A stretch of DNA of 64,000 nt, from positions 1 through 64,000 of the IMG/VR virus record IMGVR_UViG_2663762966_000005, one strand, 5' to 3'. Positions 49,232 through 59,675 of this stretch are shown here, piece by piece (position 1 is the first letter of the stretch; every line of letters begins with the position of its first letter). The notes beneath the pieces were generated by a model. It was not told the origin of the DNA. It did not search any database and worked only from the letters and a program-made list of their open reading frames with translations. The stretch comes from an uncultured virus (IMG/VR IMGVR_UViG_2663762966_000005). Lineage: Duplodnaviria; Heunggongvirae; Uroviricota; Caudoviricetes. Made by a program: the position numbers and the translations under genes.

Positions 49232-50770
49232 ATGGCTATTAATTTCTTTTTAACTGACGCAGGTCGGAATGCATTAAATAAAGCAGGCGATGTTGCTAGC
49301 TTTGGTGGGGAGCTTACTCATCTTGCTGTTGGTACCGGCAAATTTGATGCATCAGTTGAAGCGAAAAACCTAACTTCTCTTAAAAATGAATTAGCCAGAT
49401 TTTCGCTTAATGGTGGTGGTGTAGACACAGAAACTGGAACTTTGCGTTTTGTGATGAGTATTGAGCCAACTTTAACAATGGAAGTGTTTGAGTTAGGTAT
49501 ATATCTATCAGATGGCACTTTACTTGCAGTGGCGTCAACTACAGAAGTTCAATCAATCATGTCACTGCATGCAAACGTGGTTGCTATCGTTACTTTTGGA
49601 TTTGTTTTAACTGACGTTAATTTAAAAAATGTAACTATAAAAATTGATCCAAATACTCCAATTGCAGTGATGTTGATGAACCAGCATAGTGCAGATGAAG
49701 ATCCACACCCACAATACGGCGCGTTAATTCGTAAGCTCATGACTGAACATAATCAGCATGAGGATCCGCACCCCCAATATGCATTTGAAAAAGATGTAAA
49801 AGCCAAAGACGATGATTTACAACAACAGATTGATGATCTAGATCTTAGTTCCAAAAATTTGTTACAGCAGTTAATCGATTTCAAGAAAAACTTAGATGCT
49901 CAATATCCAAAATTAATTGGAGCAGGTGTAAATATTGGTAGCTCAGCCACAGTTGAACTAGGTGGCAAAGTTACTGATTTACGTGATTCAAAGTATGCAA
50001 TCTATTTAACACCAGAAAGCCCACATGAAGCATGGAAGCTTACCCGTGCTGAAAAGGGTTTTTCATATGAAGTTTGGGACCGCTCAGGTCAAAACCGGAT
50101 AGGGTATTCAGGTACTGTGAATTGGTCCGTTGTTCAGGTAGCTGCAGAAACACTAAACGATGGAAACGGCGATTACACAGTCCCAGGTGTTTATATCATT
50201 CCAATTCAACCGAAAGAACAAAAAGAATTCATTTTGGTTGGTGCTGGTGGTGCTGGTGGTGGCAGTGTCTGGGAGTTAGGAGCATTGGCACATGGGACCA
50301 GTGGAACAGATACACGCTTACGTTTAAATGAACTTGATTTGGCGGTTGTTGGCGGCGGTAAAGGCGGTACCAGTGGTCAGTGGTCGAATGGTAGTGCTTT
50401 CTCAAATGGTGCTGGTGGTTTAGCAGGTGTAATCACTGTGACATCAAACATAACCGAAATTTCACGCAAGCTTGGTAACGCTGGTACAGCTGCAAACCAA
50501 ACAAACCACAAAGGCGGCGCATCAGTAAGTCCAGTATCAAACTGGGGTGCTGGTGGTGATGGTGCTAATGGTGTAGGTGATGATGGCTGGGCACTTGGTG
50601 GTGGTGGTGCAAGTGGTGGTTTACTCATTTGCCGATATGTGAATTCAACCGAAAAAACTCAGTATATGACTTTAGTTGTTGGTGAACCTGGTGTTGCAAC
50701 CGAAAGTAATGGTAACACTGGTAAAGCAGGTACTGGTGGCTTTGCTCGTGTAAGTACTGTTAAAGCTTAA
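49232..50770 (+). CDS. Tail fibre protein with Gly-rich C-terminus
   Basis: LTDAGR...THLAVGTG...ELGIYLSDGTLLAV baseplate-attachment domain; two DPHPQY repeats. Confidence 0.8.
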   Translation: MAINFFLTDAGRNALNKAGDVASFGGELTHLAVGTGKFDASVEAKNLTSLKNELARFSLNGGGVDTETGTLRFVMSIEPTLTMEVFELGIYLSDGTLLAVASTTEVQSIMSLHANVVAIVTFGFVLTDVNLKNVTIKIDPNTPIAVMLMNQHSADEDPHPQYGALIRKLMTEHNQHEDPHPQYAFEKDVKAKDDDLQQQIDDLDLSSKNLLQQLIDFKKNLDAQYPKLIGAGVNIGSSATVELGGKVTDLRDSKYAIYLTPESPHEAWKLTRAEKGFSYEVWDRSGQNRIGYSGTVNWSVVQVAAETLNDGNGDYTVPGVYIIPIQPKEQKEFILVGAGGAGGGSVWELGALAHGTSGTDTRLRLNELDLAVVGGGKGGTSGQWSNGSAFSNGAGGLAGVITVTSNITEISRKLGNAGTAANQTNHKGGASVSPVSNWGAGGDGANGVGDDGWALGGGGASGGLLICRYVNSTEKTQYMTLVVGEPGVATESNGNTGKAGTGGFARVSTVKA

Positions 50771-50784
50771 ATAGGTAAAACAGT

Positions 50785-51063
50785 ATGAGAAATGATTATC
50801 GAAATGCTATTAGAGACTTAATTCACCGGAATCTTCAACAAAATAATATTCAGAATCTGATTGTTTGGGAAATCAAAGACGATGAATCTCAAGATCCATC
50901 ACTGTTGAGTTTGAAAATATATGGTTCAAGAAACCATATTGATGCAGTACTTGTGGCGTGTGGTGTGAACGGCGTTTGGGAAAAGTTACCTCTTAATAAG
51001 GTGGCTTTTCCAAGGCTTGTTGATCTTTTAAGACTTCAAAAAGAATACTTGCAGGATAATTAA
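50785..51063 (+). CDS. Small baseplate protein (gpX/LysM-like)
   Basis: D..LLSLKIYGS...VLVACG pattern. Confidence 0.5.
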   Translation: MRNDYRNAIRDLIHRNLQQNNIQNLIVWEIKDDESQDPSLLSLKIYGSRNHIDAVLVACGVNGVWEKLPLNKVAFPRLVDLLRLQKEYLQDN

Positions 51064-51064
51064 A

Positions 51065-52195
51065 ATGTCAGCATTCAAGCCAGATGATTTACGCCGTGCC
51101 CAGCTGCAATTAAACCAGTCTTTGCAAAATGGTGGAGTTCGTAGAGATCAACAGAGCCGCCAGCGTGCAGATAGAGAACAGCGGGCATTTGCAGAAAAAG
51201 AAATTGAATATGATGATTGGGGACGAAAGATCCCTAAACCTATGTTCTTGCGACCACAAGATATTGCCCAAGGGGAAAAATATGATGTCGAAAGGGTACT
51301 TTTTACAACATTAGGTCAGCGAAATGGAGAAGTACCACGGCGTATTACCCGTGATGATATCTTGGCATTTCAGGAAAACATTCAACTATTAAAAGATCAG
51401 TATAGTAAGGGTATTACCCCTCAAAACATCATTAATTTAAGCCGACAAGACGATATTGACCGGGCAAATGAGCAAATCTATTTGGCGGTTCCAGTAAGCA
51501 GAAAAGCTGGATTAGTGCACTTACTTACGAATGCCGGTCCAAATAGTAAAGTCTTAAATCATCACGTTGAGATTGAGTTTTCAAACTTTAAATCTGTCGT
51601 ATTTGATATCGACAAGCAGGCATTAACCACTGTTAAAAACCGCTTAGCTAAAGGCAAAATCAAATTTCAGTGTGACTGCGAACGTCATACGTTCTGGTAC
51701 CGCTATATGGCAACTATTGGCGGCTACAATTTGGGACGTGATGAGGGCGGCTTTCCGAAAATACGTAACCCGCATTTATCCGGTGTGGCTTGTAAGCATG
51801 TATTGCGGGTTGTTAAGTGGATTAGTTCACCAGCAGGGATTGCCTACCTTAAAAAGGAAGTAGAGAAAGACCGTAAGAAACAAGTAGGTGCACGGTATAA
51901 GCAAACAGATAAGCAAATACAGAATTCAATTAACGAGCAAGTAATGGATTTGATGAATGGTTCTGTTAAGCCAATCAAAGCCAATATCCAAAAAGCAGAA
52001 AAAGAAATGATGCGTAGAGCTGATAAAGTTGCCAAAAAGCTCTTAGAACGCGAATTAAAAACCCTCAAACGTTTTGAAGTGGAAACTGTTAGAGCAAGTC
52101 AAATTGAAAGAATTCAAGCCTTACATAAATCAGGCGCAATCGACAATGACATGTTAAATGTCTTTATGAAGGGTTTAAGTCGAAATGCTAAATAG
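51065..52195 (+). CDS. SWIM-type Zn-finger protein (P1 gp25-like)
   Basis: CDCERHTFWYRYMAT...FPKIRNP...ACKH. Confidence 0.65.
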   Translation: MSAFKPDDLRRAQLQLNQSLQNGGVRRDQQSRQRADREQRAFAEKEIEYDDWGRKIPKPMFLRPQDIAQGEKYDVERVLFTTLGQRNGEVPRRITRDDILAFQENIQLLKDQYSKGITPQNIINLSRQDDIDRANEQIYLAVPVSRKAGLVHLLTNAGPNSKVLNHHVEIEFSNFKSVVFDIDKQALTTVKNRLAKGKIKFQCDCERHTFWYRYMATIGGYNLGRDEGGFPKIRNPHLSGVACKHVLRVVKWISSPAGIAYLKKEVEKDRKKQVGARYKQTDKQIQNSINEQVMDLMNGSVKPIKANIQKAEKEMMRRADKVAKKLLERELKTLKRFEVETVRASQIERIQALHKSGAIDNDMLNVFMKGLSRNAK

Positions 52196-52733
52196 ATCAG
52201 TAAATCAAGTTGCAAATGGACGCCGTTTAGCAGCTAGACGTGTTGTGATGAATGCTCTAGCAAGTATTCCCGCGCAAATTTGGCGAAAAGAAGTAGTTTT
52301 CAATAATCCGGCTGAAGATTCAAAACCTTTAGATCCTCTTTCTTTTGAAGCGAACACTTTATCGATTCAAGACGAACCCAACTACAAGTATGAATATAAG
52401 GGCGCTGCTTATGTTCATTTCGATAAATTTAATGGTGGTTATATTCAAAAGAACTTCTCAATGAATAACCCATCTGACTTGGTGCTAACCGCTCAAGTAG
52501 AGACATTCAATGAAGAATTGGATGATGTTTTGGAAAGGATAATCAACATCCCTGACTTGATTCTTAAAGAAGGTGATCTTTTAGGTTTAATGATTTATGA
52601 AAACCTAATGTTGTGGTTTGAGATTGTAAATATTACTGGTTTTAGCCTCATGGCAGATTTTGGCAGTAAGTATGTTTTAAACCGTAGAGATGATTTGTTT
52701 ATTTCACCTATAGGTGATGGAGAAACTAAATGA
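52185..52733 (+). CDS. Hypothetical virion protein
   Basis: Coupled ORF. Confidence 0.6.
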   Translation: MLNRSVNQVANGRRLAARRVVMNALASIPAQIWRKEVVFNNPAEDSKPLDPLSFEANTLSIQDEPNYKYEYKGAAYVHFDKFNGGYIQKNFSMNNPSDLVLTAQVETFNEELDDVLERIINIPDLILKEGDLLGLMIYENLMLWFEIVNITGFSLMADFGSKYVLNRRDDLFISPIGDGETK

Positions 52734-53032
52734 GCTATTTAATTTTCAATGAAAAAGGTAAAAAGACAGGCGACATTGAAATGGCTGAACAATGTACTTC
52801 TGCAATATTCAATTACCAGGTAATCGGGAACGGGGCAGAAGTAGAGTTTTTCGGAAGCAATATTCCATATGCAGATCCGCAAAACGATTCTCACTGGGTG
52901 TCTATTCTTACATTAACAGCTGCTGCGCCCGATACTGAACCGTTTAGACAGCATTGCTGGGATAAGCTCCGTTATAAAGTGAAAGCAGGTGATAATGTGG
53001 AGATTTATGTTTCAAGTGGTGTAAGCGGATAG
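52730..53032 (+). CDS. Hypothetical protein
   Basis: GGAG RBS; ATGA overlap. Confidence 0.6.
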   Translation: MSYLIFNEKGKKTGDIEMAEQCTSAIFNYQVIGNGAEVEFFGSNIPYADPQNDSHWVSILTLTAAAPDTEPFRQHCWDKLRYKVKAGDNVEIYVSSGVSG

Positions 53033-53186
53033 CTATATAAATAAAGGGCTGAGATGGTCCTTTAGCTACATTTTCTTTGTCCTCAATTTTGGGGACTTTT
53101 TTATGTTTGGAACCGACCAGTTTTAGTAAAAATACGCCATGTCAGACTTTCTGCATCTTACATAGAAAGCCAAAGGCTGGTTTAAA

Positions 53187-54965
53187 ATGACTGTGTTAAC
53201 AGAAGAAATTCGTAAAAAGTATGATGCTCAACAACTAGCTACTGTTCAGTGCCGAAATTACTATTTCAAAAGTCCTGAAGAGCTTGAAAATGGGTTTGAC
53301 AGTGCTCAAACAGCGGCAGATGAGTACCCAGAAGTATTAAAAGCAATTTTTGATTCAATTGGTATCGAATATGCGCCAGAAGTTGATAAAGCTGTGATGT
53401 TTGGGGTATCACAATATCAATCACGTCATGGAGGTGAATTACCACATCCTTCAATCATTGCAGCTGCATTAACTGCTGGTTTAAGTGGTGCGAAACAAGC
53501 AGTTGCTTTGCCTGCCGAGACCCTTAGCTATTACGATAGTATTAATGAATCTGGTTTTGATGATGTAAATCACCAGCATCATGAATCTGTAAGCATCGTT
53601 CCAGCAATTACAGTTGCTACTATCGCCAACGTTATCGCTTATGCAACACCTATCGTTGCTATGATTCCCAACTCAAATGGCTCAAATGAAGTACCGATTG
53701 TATCTATTCGCTTTATCACCAACCGTGATTTTGGTGCAATGAAGAAATCAGAATACTTAGATGGTGCAAATGCTTCTAAGCCTTATGTTGAAGGACGATT
53801 CCGTTTTGCATTGTCTAATGGTGGCGCAGGTGCAACTTATACTGTGACTGCACGAACTGGTTATGAAGACTTCAAGGCTAAAACACCTGACGCCAAAGCG
53901 AGTTTATTGCCATTTATTGCGGGTAATGTATCTATTAAGATCAATGGTAAAGAAGTTGCGCATACTCGAAATCGCAGTAAATCAAAATTTTCAGGCAAGA
54001 TTTCTGCTATTGCTGAGAAAGACGTAGTAGTAAACGGCGTTGAATATCGTGTAGTTGGTAGCGAAATTGACATTTCAGCTAGCAAAATTAGCGTGACATT
54101 AAATGAAGCATTACCAGCTGGTGCGAAAATTGAAGTTCATCTTGTGGCGGATTTTGATGCGCGTGATGGTAATGATAACTATCTATTAACCCCAGTTGGT
54201 GTTGATTTCGAACCTGAATATGAAACATTGATTGCGTCACCTATCATGGCACGGGTAACAGCTTCAACACTATTACAATCTCAGTTAACTAACGAACTTA
54301 AGCTTGGTTTTCTGGGTCAGGCTTTAGCAATTGTTCAAGGTAAAATCTTCTTAGAACAAACTGTACGTTTATTAGGTGAAGCAAAAGATTTAGCTGAATA
54401 CTCCGCTCGTGAAGTTACTTTTGATGCTTCTCGTGGTGTGACTGGAAAATTAGCAGCTGCATTTAATACTTCAGGTGACTTGTTTGCGGAAGTAAATAAA
54501 TTTATTGCAGCTGCCAAATTGGATATTAACCAACGTACTGGTGGCTCTACCGTAGCATTTGACTTATATGTTGGCGATACTGGGTCAGTATTCTTTAATC
54601 AACTGTCAAGCGACAAGATGCCAGTTAAAACCGGATACACTGCTGGTTATGGTCAAATTGTCCGTATTGGTACTCTTGCAGATGGTACAAACGTTTACCA
54701 CGCACCGACAGCACAAGAGCTTGTAGCTGAAGCAGATACAGCGTTTGATATGCTTTTAGTTGGTCGTGGTAATGAGCCAATTCGTGCGCCGTTCGTTGGC
54801 TTTATTCAAACGCCTCTTTCAGTTATTGAAACTCGACCAGATGCGCGTGAATCAGTACTTACTTTAATCGGTGCTCAAGCAGCCGAAATGAACCCGTTAG
54901 AACGTTATGCTGATCAAAGCTATGTCATCCACTGTATCAATATGCCATCTCTCAAAAATTCGTAA
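53187..54965 (+). CDS. Major capsid protein (P1 gp23-like)
   Basis: 592 aa; YQSRHGGELPHPSII and IVRIGTLADGTNVY resemble P1 gp23 segments; own promoter motif and terminator. Confidence 0.72.
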   Translation: MTVLTEEIRKKYDAQQLATVQCRNYYFKSPEELENGFDSAQTAADEYPEVLKAIFDSIGIEYAPEVDKAVMFGVSQYQSRHGGELPHPSIIAAALTAGLSGAKQAVALPAETLSYYDSINESGFDDVNHQHHESVSIVPAITVATIANVIAYATPIVAMIPNSNGSNEVPIVSIRFITNRDFGAMKKSEYLDGANASKPYVEGRFRFALSNGGAGATYTVTARTGYEDFKAKTPDAKASLLPFIAGNVSIKINGKEVAHTRNRSKSKFSGKISAIAEKDVVVNGVEYRVVGSEIDISASKISVTLNEALPAGAKIEVHLVADFDARDGNDNYLLTPVGVDFEPEYETLIASPIMARVTASTLLQSQLTNELKLGFLGQALAIVQGKIFLEQTVRLLGEAKDLAEYSAREVTFDASRGVTGKLAAAFNTSGDLFAEVNKFIAAAKLDINQRTGGSTVAFDLYVGDTGSVFFNQLSSDKMPVKTGYTAGYGQIVRIGTLADGTNVYHAPTAQELVAEADTAFDMLLVGRGNEPIRAPFVGFIQTPLSVIETRPDARESVLTLIGAQAAEMNPLERYADQSYVIHCINMPSLKNS

Positions 54966-55028
54966 GTAAAACAGATAAGGGCGCATTTCGATGCGCCTTT
55001 TTACCCTATTTATTGAAAGGAAAATCTC

Positions 55029-55655
55029 ATGGCTGCTGCAACACAAAACACTGACGAAACTTTAGCTTCAACTGACGAACAAGCGATTACTAAACAAAAA
55101 AACACACGTAATAAAACCAATAAAACTACAGAAACACAGAATACCCAAGCTGGTGATGAAAAAGCTTCAGACCAAGGTGATTTGTTAAATAGCCAAGGTC
55201 CTGAAGACGGCGCATCTCAAGATGAAGGTAATAAACCTACTGATTTGAAAAATGGCGATTCAGATAATGAAGAGTCCAATACTCAAGAAAATGGAAATCC
55301 AACTGAAACATCGAATGATTCTGTCAAACCTTCAAATGATCTAGATTCAAATGGTGGTAAGTCTGGTGATGATGTGGGGACGGAATCGGATCATGTCCTT
55401 AAAGAAACTGATACTTCTAAAGTTAATACTCCCATTACGGATTTGTTAACAGTATCAGGTGGGAGTAGCGTGGATCCGCTAGTTATTAAAGTTACTAATA
55501 ACGGATTTTCAACAGTTTTAGAACCGTTATCACGTGTTGCTATTGAGGCAGGTAAAACAGCAAGTATTACGTGTCATAACCAAACATTTAAACATCAAGT
55601 ACTGGAAAACTTACGTCAGTTGAAGGGGCTTGGTAAGAATCTAACTGTTGAGTAA
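55029..55655 (+). CDS. Acidic low-complexity protein with a C-terminal domain paralogous to the next gene
   Basis: D/N/T/S-rich N-terminus; NNG.S...EP...AG...Q.L.NL.Q..GL domain. Confidence 0.65.
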   Translation: MAAATQNTDETLASTDEQAITKQKNTRNKTNKTTETQNTQAGDEKASDQGDLLNSQGPEDGASQDEGNKPTDLKNGDSDNEESNTQENGNPTETSNDSVKPSNDLDSNGGKSGDDVGTESDHVLKETDTSKVNTPITDLLTVSGGSSVDPLVIKVTNNGFSTVLEPLSRVAIEAGKTASITCHNQTFKHQVLENLRQLKGLGKNLTVE

Positions 55656-55659
55656 CAAG

Positions 55660-55947
55660 ATGACTATTTTCATTATTGATGGCACGAACCCAATTATGGA
55701 TGCTGTTGGTGATCATCCTACTGAACGAAGTATTACACTTCAAAATAACGGTTTAAGTGACATTACCGAACCATTTACGCAAGTTTTGGTACAAGCTGGT
55801 CAAAAGGTCACATTCACTTTGATCGGTGACGAAGCTCATAAACAATTGCTAGATAACCTAGATCAAATTAATGGCTTGAAAGGTAATGTACTTCAAATTG
55901 TACCTACTGAGGCAGAAGAGCCTACAGAACCTGCTAGCGGATTATAA
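55660..55947 (+). CDS. Hypothetical protein (paralogue of the preceding C-terminal domain)
   Basis: Shared motif; followed by terminator at 55961-55987. Confidence 0.65.
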   Translation: MTIFIIDGTNPIMDAVGDHPTERSITLQNNGLSDITEPFTQVLVQAGQKVTFTLIGDEAHKQLLDNLDQINGLKGNVLQIVPTEAEEPTEPASGL

Positions 55948-56065
55948 AATTTAGGAAATGAAAAACCACTTTCGAGTGGTTTTTTTTACATTGGAACTAG
56001 CCAGAAAATCAAAAAAGCCAACGGCTCAAAATACTTAAAACAAATAGCCTTGGGCGTGTAATGTA

Positions 56066-57361
56066 ATGAATATACTTGCTCTATCAAGTACAGGTGAGCT
56101 ATCCCTTGTAGCAGGGGCCAGCCCATCACTAAAACTGGAATTTGATACTCACAGTTATCTTGCAAATACAGAAATCAATGTGGCCTTTTTTGCGAAAGTA
56201 ACTAGCCCACGCGGTCCTGCAGATATTTCTATGCGTTTGGAAATCCGTGATGCGGTAACAGGTGATCAAATTGTTACTGTTCAGGGATTAGTAGATGGAG
56301 ACATTGAAAATTCTGCTTCTATTGTCGCTGTAGCTGATGCGAAAGAATATTTTGAGCGTTTTGATTTATCGTTAGGTATTGATGCGTTACAAGCAATACT
56401 CAAATCAAATGCTTATAACGAATCAAATAGCTTAGGTCGTGCTTCAAAAACATTGGCATTGGAAGATGAATCGTTACCATCATTTAATCCAGATGAACTA
56501 TATAAGATTCTGACGAGTCAATTAAGTACACCAGCATATCTGACTTTACCAAATCCTCATGATTTACCAATTTATGTTGCGGCACAACGTGCAGCTACAA
56601 AGTTACGTATTCCTTTGGATGCTGAAATCAACCCAACTTTTACAGCTGAGCAAGCAGCTCAATTTGCGACAAGTGTAGATGCACAATCACAGTTTGTTCA
56701 ATTCATTTGGAGTCCGAACCTATGCCGTCCATCTGGTGCTGTCACACTAAGAGGGCGTAAGGTCCCAGCTTATTATTTGGGCCATTACATCGGCGATAAA
56801 TTATTACGTAACGCAAAGTTAAATAAACAAGGCTTTGCGCCGTTAAAAAATGCAGTAGCTTGGAAAGATTATCCATTTACAGCAAAAAACTTAAGCCAGA
56901 TGCCGAATATTGATCTTGAAGATGAACAGACTCAAGAAATGTTGGCAAAGGCTAAAGTAAATGTAGTTCGCCCAGTTAAGTTTGAAACTACATTATTCGT
57001 TTTAAGTGATGTATTAACCCAGTATCAAAGTAAAAATAGTGCATTGCGTTTAGTTCCTGCAGCTGAGATTGCGGCACGAGTTACGAATAAATGTATCGAA
57101 ATCCTTAGAACTTACATGTTCCAAGCTACACCGGACTATATCAAAAAAGCTGGTGATGAAATTCAAGAGTTTTTAGAGGGTGCTTCTAGTGAAACAACCG
57201 GTTGGTTACAACCGGCTGAAGATCTAGGTGGTAAACCTTTTGAGTTCAGTTTAATACCTGACAAAGACTATCCATATGAGCGTGTACGACTCTATTTAGC
57301 CCATGGAGTTGTTGGTACAACTCGTGCCGCAATTTTTGATGACGACGTTTTAGTTAAATAA
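56066..57361 (+). CDS. Tail sheath protein, main body (P1 gp22-like, lacking the N-terminal domain)
   Basis: AKVNVV...DVLT...LRLVP...GTTRAAIF C-terminal sheath layout. Confidence 0.68.
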   Translation: MNILALSSTGELSLVAGASPSLKLEFDTHSYLANTEINVAFFAKVTSPRGPADISMRLEIRDAVTGDQIVTVQGLVDGDIENSASIVAVADAKEYFERFDLSLGIDALQAILKSNAYNESNSLGRASKTLALEDESLPSFNPDELYKILTSQLSTPAYLTLPNPHDLPIYVAAQRAATKLRIPLDAEINPTFTAEQAAQFATSVDAQSQFVQFIWSPNLCRPSGAVTLRGRKVPAYYLGHYIGDKLLRNAKLNKQGFAPLKNAVAWKDYPFTAKNLSQMPNIDLEDEQTQEMLAKAKVNVVRPVKFETTLFVLSDVLTQYQSKNSALRLVPAAEIAARVTNKCIEILRTYMFQATPDYIKKAGDEIQEFLEGASSETTGWLQPAEDLGGKPFEFSLIPDKDYPYERVRLYLAHGVVGTTRAAIFDDDVLVK

Positions 57362-57379
57362 TTTTAAGGATCTATCAAG

Positions 57380-58147
57380 ATGAATCCATTTGGCCCAACT
57401 ACAGAAAAACCTTTAGCTTTACGTGCTTTTGATTCAGCAGCGGAGAATATTTCTACCGTTGTAAGTAAGGTTTCAAGTACTGATCGAGAACAGCAATCTG
57501 TGATTGAACAAGTACGACAAATTGCTCTGAACATTCTATCTGATACGGTAGATACAATCAGTGAAGGTAAGCTTGAAGAAGGTGAACTGGGCGTTGATCA
57601 TTTAGACGCATTAATTGTCGATGCATTAGATGGTGCAGATGATGAAGACGGTATCTATGAAAACGCTTTGATGGCGTCTCTTTCCGATGCTTTCTTAACA
57701 TTTGGCGTTGACGCTACTGATATTGAAGAGATCTTTAGTGATGATACAGAAGTTGCTGATGCGGCGTTAGAAGCAGCAGCCAATACAGTTCTTGCTAATA
57801 TGCCAGACGAAGGCCCTGAACTTGAAGAACTGGTTCGTGAGTTTATTTTCGGTGAAGCAGATGAAACTGAAGAAGGTTTCGATTCAATGGCTAAAAAAAT
57901 TAAAGCTCGAAATGGAGCATTTAGCCAACGGAAAGTAAATGGGCGAAAAATTCACTACCGTGGTGTGCTGGCTATTCGTCAAGGTGTCAAAACCGTTGTG
58001 AATAAACGATTACCTGGTCAAAAGGTCCGTTTAACTGCAGCACAAAAAGCTGGTATGAAAAAAGCTCGACTTCATGCTTTTACTGCAAATGCAATCAACA
58101 AGCGTTTACGTTCATTCAAAAAAGGTAAACGCTTAGGTATTTACTAA
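57380..58147 (+). CDS. Putative prohead core/internal protein (acidic N-terminus, basic C-terminus)
   Basis: Sharp acidic-to-basic switch at GFDS, reminiscent of T4 gp68. Confidence 0.55.
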   Translation: MNPFGPTTEKPLALRAFDSAAENISTVVSKVSSTDREQQSVIEQVRQIALNILSDTVDTISEGKLEEGELGVDHLDALIVDALDGADDEDGIYENALMASLSDAFLTFGVDATDIEEIFSDDTEVADAALEAAANTVLANMPDEGPELEELVREFIFGEADETEEGFDSMAKKIKARNGAFSQRKVNGRKIHYRGVLAIRQGVKTVVNKRLPGQKVRLTAAQKAGMKKARLHAFTANAINKRLRSFKKGKRLGIY

Positions 58148-58208
58148 TTACTCATAGGTAAGGTCATTTTTGGCTTTACCTATAATCCATTTAATTAAGG
58201 AAATACTC

Positions 58209-58487
58209 ATGAATACAACTCAAATCATAGGTGAAGCGCCTGGTATTCAATATCAGAAAAAAACTGATAAAACAGAAATAAAGACCAATCAATCATTAAC
58301 TGACACAATTATTATTGGTCGTTTTATGCGTGGGCGTTTTGATGCACCGATGACAATACATAAGGGTAATATCCGTGGTGAACTTGGTTATGAACCAAAT
58401 AATCCTGATTATCGTTGTGTCCAAGATGCGCTAGATCGGGGTGTACCTTCATTACAGGTTCTGCGAGTACCACCAAATATTGGATAA
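58209..58487 (+). CDS. Stand-alone tail-sheath N-terminal-like domain
   Basis: AAGGA RBS; GEAPGI...IGRFMRGRFDAPMTI...LG...VQDAL...VLRVP. Confidence 0.6.
   Translation: MNTTQIIGEAPGIQYQKKTDKTEIKTNQSLTDTIIIGRFMRGRFDAPMTIHKGNIRGELGYEPNNPDYRCVQDALDRGVPSLQVLRVPPNIG
58435..58487 (+). repeat. 53-bp direct repeat, copy 1
   Basis: 52/53 identical to 60228-60280. Confidence 0.92.
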
Positions 58488-58572
58488 GTTCTAAAAAGAA
58501 AGCCAGCTGTATAGCTGGCTTTAATATAAGGGGAGTTCCAGTAGGAACGTCTTAATTTAATGATATGCCCTT

Positions 58573-59469
58573 TCAGTTCACAGGTTCAAAAGGAAAGCGT
58601 TTTAATACTTTGCCAAGCTCAAGTACTTCATCCTTATGAAGAAACTCCCATAGCCCATTAAACTTTTCGCGTAGTTGCACGACATTAATGGGCGTGTGGT
58701 GTAGAGAATATTGCTGTACTGAAAGAGCGCCGTTTTCCTGAATCGAAATCCAGAAGTTTTTCGGACCTTTGGGAGATTGATACTTTAGCTTCTCACCTAC
58801 ATGCTGTGCTATTTCATAAGCTAGCGGATTTTCTAATGCTGGATACCGTGCAGCGAGATTATCTACAAATTTTTCTAAACGTTTAAGTGTATCTGTTTCG
58901 GTTGGGCCTAGCTCATGAAGTGGTATTGTCTCAAGATACTGCTTCGCATCATCAAAATGGATTGAAAGCAATTGGCTATATTTAGCAATTCCAAAGTGGC
59001 GATTATGACGTATCCACATAGAGGCTCTTAAACTTCGATCTTTTCCTGCACGACGATCGACGATTGCATGTAAAGCATGCTGTTGTTCAGGTGAGATAGC
59101 TTTTCTATGATTGATTACTTGGCCTTTTGTCCAGTAATTCCATAAGACATCATCACATTCGTTTTGGTACATGATGACAGTGTCACGAAGTTCAGGTTTT
59201 ACTTTGTTAGGACTGATGGTGGTGAGCCAAGCAAGAAGTTTTCTTAGTGGTAGACAAACCATTTCCTGTAAGTCGCCAAGAGTAGGTATAACGATTTTCG
59301 TTATACCCCATCGTTGAGGATTGGCATTCAGTTTTGCTAATTGAGACTGCCAAGCTAACCCCATACCCTCAACAATAGGCTTCATGGGTGTATATGGCTG
59401 ACCATCATGTTCCACCAAGTACAACTCAGCATTGTGGAAAGGTACGGTGATTTGAGTTAAAGTAGTCAT
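58573..59469 (-). CDS. ant: Phage antirepressor (P22 Ant N-terminal family)
   Basis: VPFHNAELYLVEHDGQPYTPMKPIVEGMGLAW...CLPLRKLLAWLTTISPNKVK...YQNECDDVLWNYW. Confidence 0.9.
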   Translation of the reverse strand: MTTLTQITVPFHNAELYLVEHDGQPYTPMKPIVEGMGLAWQSQLAKLNANPQRWGITKIVIPTLGDLQEMVCLPLRKLLAWLTTISPNKVKPELRDTVIMYQNECDDVLWNYWTKGQVINHRKAISPEQQHALHAIVDRRAGKDRSLRASMWIRHNRHFGIAKYSQLLSIHFDDAKQYLETIPLHELGPTETDTLKRLEKFVDNLAARYPALENPLAYEIAQHVGEKLKYQSPKGPKNFWISIQENGALSVQQYSLHHTPINVVQLREKFNGLWEFLHKDEVLELGKVLKRFPFEPVN

Positions 59470-59675
59470 GTCTAATTTCCTCTTAGAGATTGGATATAAC
59501 CCCTTGTTTACTTTGATCGGTACAAGGGGTTCTTTTTATCAAGACCATATCCTGTCCTGATGAGTTAAATATAACAACTATTAAATATAATAGCAATTAC
59601 GAGTATTAATAAAATTATATTTAATAGCAATTGTTCTTGTGATACACTGAACTAAATATTTTTTGGTATATCGTG

